Shown here: positions 55,115 to 56,771 of the stretch, in pieces | How positions within the stretch are numbered: the first letter of the stretch is position 1 | Layout: every line of letters starts with the position of its first letter | From: an uncultured Lachnospiraceae bacterium | GTDB lineage: Bacteria > Bacillota > Clostridia > Oscillospirales > CAG-272 | Assembly (NCBI GenBank): GCA_964466625.1 | Contig: CAYXQF010000002.1 | Location: 1 to 56,771, forward strand | Length of the DNA: 56,771 bases | Reading direction: 5' to 3' | Notes under the pieces: generated by a model | Told to the model about the DNA's origin: nothing | Seen by the model: only the letters and a program-made list of their open reading frames with translations | The model's database searches: none | Translations under genes and position numbers: made by a program

Positions 55115-56581
55115 ATGAACGATTTTGACAACAACCAAAACACCCCGAACGGCAACGACCCCTTGGAGCCGGAAAAAAACACACCCGAAACGGAAAAGCC
55201 CGCAGAGGAAGTGACGTCCCCCGAAGAGCCGACACCGGAAAAAGAGCCTTCTTACTCGGAGCCGCCTTACAGCGAATACGGCGCGCCCCGTAACGATAAC
55301 ACACAAGGCATGTATAACGGTCAGCGCCCCTACGGAAATATGGAGCCGCCGAAAAAGCCTCGCAAAGAGATCCGTATGTCCCGTGGCGGACTTGCACTTC
55401 TCGTTGTATTTTGTCTTGCGATCTCCATCATCGCAAGTGCAGGCATCAATGCCTTTTTCTCCACCGCAGATGCCACCACGCAGAATACGTCAAACCAAGA
55501 AACCACGCTCGACACACAAAGCAGACTTGATGCCGAAACCACAGCGGCAAACGCAAACAAACAGACAGAAACCGCACCTGCTGTCATTGCAGGAAAGACC
55601 GAAGGTGTTGCCACCTCCACTTATACACAGATCGCCAATGAATGTATCCAGTCCGTCGTCATCATCAACGTGACGGAAACCACCGTTTCTTACGGTCAGG
55701 AATACACCACAGGCGGTGCCGGCTCCGGCGTTATCTACACCCAGGACGGCTATATCATCACAAACTATCACGTTGTCAATGAAAAAACCTCCACGATCTC
55801 CGTTGTGCTTTATGACGGCAGTGTCTACGAGGGCAGATATATCTACGGCGACGAATACGTTGACCTTGCGGTCATCAAGATCGAAAAAAATGATTGCAGC
55901 TATGCGAAGATCGGTGATTTTTCCGAAATGCAGCTCGGTGACGAGGTTCTTGCCATCGGTAATCCCCTCGGCTACGGTCTTTCCGTGACCAACGGCATCA
56001 TCAGCGCACTCGAACGTCAAGTGACCATCGAAAATACAACGATGACACTCCTTCAGACCAGTGCGGCGATCAACAGCGGTAACTCCGGCGGCGGTCTTTT
56101 CAACATGAAGGGTGAGCTGATCGGCATCGTAAATGCGAAAGTCGGCGGCACTTCTGTGGAAGGCATGGGCTTTGCGATCCCCTCCACCACCGTTGTGAAG
56201 AGCCTCAACGATCTCAAAGAACACGGCTATATCACAGGTCAGGCACGCCTTGGCGTCACAGTTTCTCAAAGACAATATTCCACTTGGCCTTATATGCAGA
56301 CATATTATTATATTCAAGTTTCCGAAATCAATGAAAACGGCAGCGCTGCAAAATCGGGACTTCAGGTCGGCGATATCCTCCAGAAATTCAATGGCGAGGA
56401 GATCACTTCCTTTACGATCCTTTCCCAGCAGCTCACCAAATATAAGGTCGGTGACACCGTAACGCTCACCGTTCGCCGTCCCACCATCGAGCAGACCGAA
56501 AAAAACCTTGCGGAATATCTCAATTCCTGCGAGATCGTGGAAATCCAGATCACGTTCGTGGAATTTAATCCGAATGCTTAA
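55115..56581 (+). CDS. htrA: HtrA/DegP-family S1C serine protease with a PDZ domain, a TM anchor and a Pro/Glu-rich N-terminal tail
   Basis: Catalytic triad contexts 'ITNYHVV', 'DLAVIKI' and 'GNSGGGLFN'. C-terminal PDZ 'GLQVGDILQKFNGEEI'. Confidence 0.9.
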   Translation: MNDFDNNQNTPNGNDPLEPEKNTPETEKPAEEVTSPEEPTPEKEPSYSEPPYSEYGAPRNDNTQGMYNGQRPYGNMEPPKKPRKEIRMSRGGLALLVVFCLAISIIASAGINAFFSTADATTQNTSNQETTLDTQSRLDAETTAANANKQTETAPAVIAGKTEGVATSTYTQIANECIQSVVIINVTETTVSYGQEYTTGGAGSGVIYTQDGYIITNYHVVNEKTSTISVVLYDGSVYEGRYIYGDEYVDLAVIKIEKNDCSYAKIGDFSEMQLGDEVLAIGNPLGYGLSVTNGIISALERQVTIENTTMTLLQTSAAINSGNSGGGLFNMKGELIGIVNAKVGGTSVEGMGFAIPSTTVVKSLNDLKEHGYITGQARLGVTVSQRQYSTWPYMQTYYYIQVSEINENGSAAKSGLQVGDILQKFNGEEITSFTILSQQLTKYKVGDTVTLTVRRPTIEQTEKNLAEYLNSCEIVEIQITFVEFNPNA

Positions 56582-56626
56582 ACAAAAACAGAGAGTCTTA
56601 TAGAGTGTCACTCTAAAGGATAGTTT

Positions 56627-56672
56627 TGCAAGAATACGGTATATCTCAAAAGAGGTATGCCGTATTCTTGCA
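56627..56672 (+). terminator. Long hairpin downstream of htrA (possible terminator)
   Basis: TGCAAGAATACGG...CCGTATTCTTGCA, with only a weak T tail. Confidence 0.4.
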
Positions 56673-56771
56673 TTTGAGCCCACAAATGCAGTGCTTGTCA
56701 GGAAAATTGACAAGTTATAGATGAACATAAAAAAGGCTCCCTTGTGTAAAGGGAGCTGACGCCGAAGGCGG

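Noticed and set aside
55115-55370. The Pro/Glu-rich, low-complexity N-terminal ~85 aa of HtrA might be a separate feature or a coding repeat.
   Set aside because: It is compositionally biased but has no nucleotide-level tandem repeat. Disordered cytoplasmic tails before the TM anchor are common in Gram-positive HtrA proteins.
1562-56728. Many very long ORFs in the track lie antisense to the called genes. Examples: 1562..2977(-), 3023..4312(-), 4322..6283(-), 19537..21189(+), 21801..23180(-), 24521..25927(-), 26040..27071(-), 30182..31723(-), 31813..33843(-), 40268..42589(-), 51121..52446(+), 52963..54066(+) and 55490..56728(-).
   Set aside because: In every case the opposite strand encodes a protein with clear family motifs, an RBS and sensible boundaries. 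The antisense translations are low-complexity (rich in Cys/Phe/Gly/Arg/His), lack RBSs and span several real genes. These are shadow ORFs caused by codon bias.
1-56771. I searched by eye for tRNA, rRNA, tmRNA, CRISPR arrays, transposases, integrases, phage genes and classical defence genes (restriction-modification, helicase-nuclease, toxin-antitoxin pairs).
   Set aside because: None was recognised. The only mobile-DNA-like signals are the short REP-like elements and duplicated hairpins reported above. A covariance-model or HMM scan would be needed to exclude small RNAs.

Overview
This is a 56.8-kb chromosomal segment from a spore-forming Firmicute. It looks Clostridia-like: it has the gpr germination protease, many Cys-lipobox lipoproteins, ECF transporters and Gram-positive SD sites. 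The species cannot be fixed from the sequence alone. About 50 tightly packed protein genes are present. I saw no rRNA, tRNA, CRISPR array, transposase or integrase. All functional calls come from motif recognition by eye, not from database searches.

Content in order:
1. A CUT1 sugar-type ABC transporter (two permeases and a lipoprotein SBP) is co-operonic with a thermonuclease lipoprotein and a multi-OB-fold lipoprotein. It faces a translationally coupled nrnA-like/nrnA-like/surE operon.
2. Next come a serine hydrolase, a GNAT, a GH10-like enzyme, an AraC regulator and an M28 peptidase.
3. A putative corrinoid capture and uptake locus follows. It has a consensus promoter, a cobalamin-riboswitch-like leader with a terminator, three extracytoplasmic DUF4430 (transcobalamin-beta-like) proteins, a 77-bp tandem repeat and a dedicated ECF transporter (T, fused A1A2, S).
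4. Housekeeping genes: asnS, an aminotransferase, purB, ddl, coaW and pncB.
5. A five-gene operon encodes an ECF sigma factor, a single-pass membrane partner and three tandem lipoprotein serpins.
6. A GldA/F/G-like ABC-2 system sits with a DUF4340 protein.
7. Then a stand-alone FtsZ C-terminal-subdomain protein, two paralogous esterases, GH116, and (earlier in the window, after pncB) a GH78-like enzyme.
8. Finally gpr, an RHH + SPFH pair, DUF624, DUF4364, a GNAT and HtrA.

The best candidates for undescribed biology are:
- the sigma-controlled triple-serpin operon;
- the riboswitch/DUF4430/ECF corrinoid locus, which includes a membrane-anchored protein with a full transcobalamin-like two-domain layout;
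- the FtsZ-C-only protein;
- a small family of REP-like palindromic elements sitting directly after stop codons.
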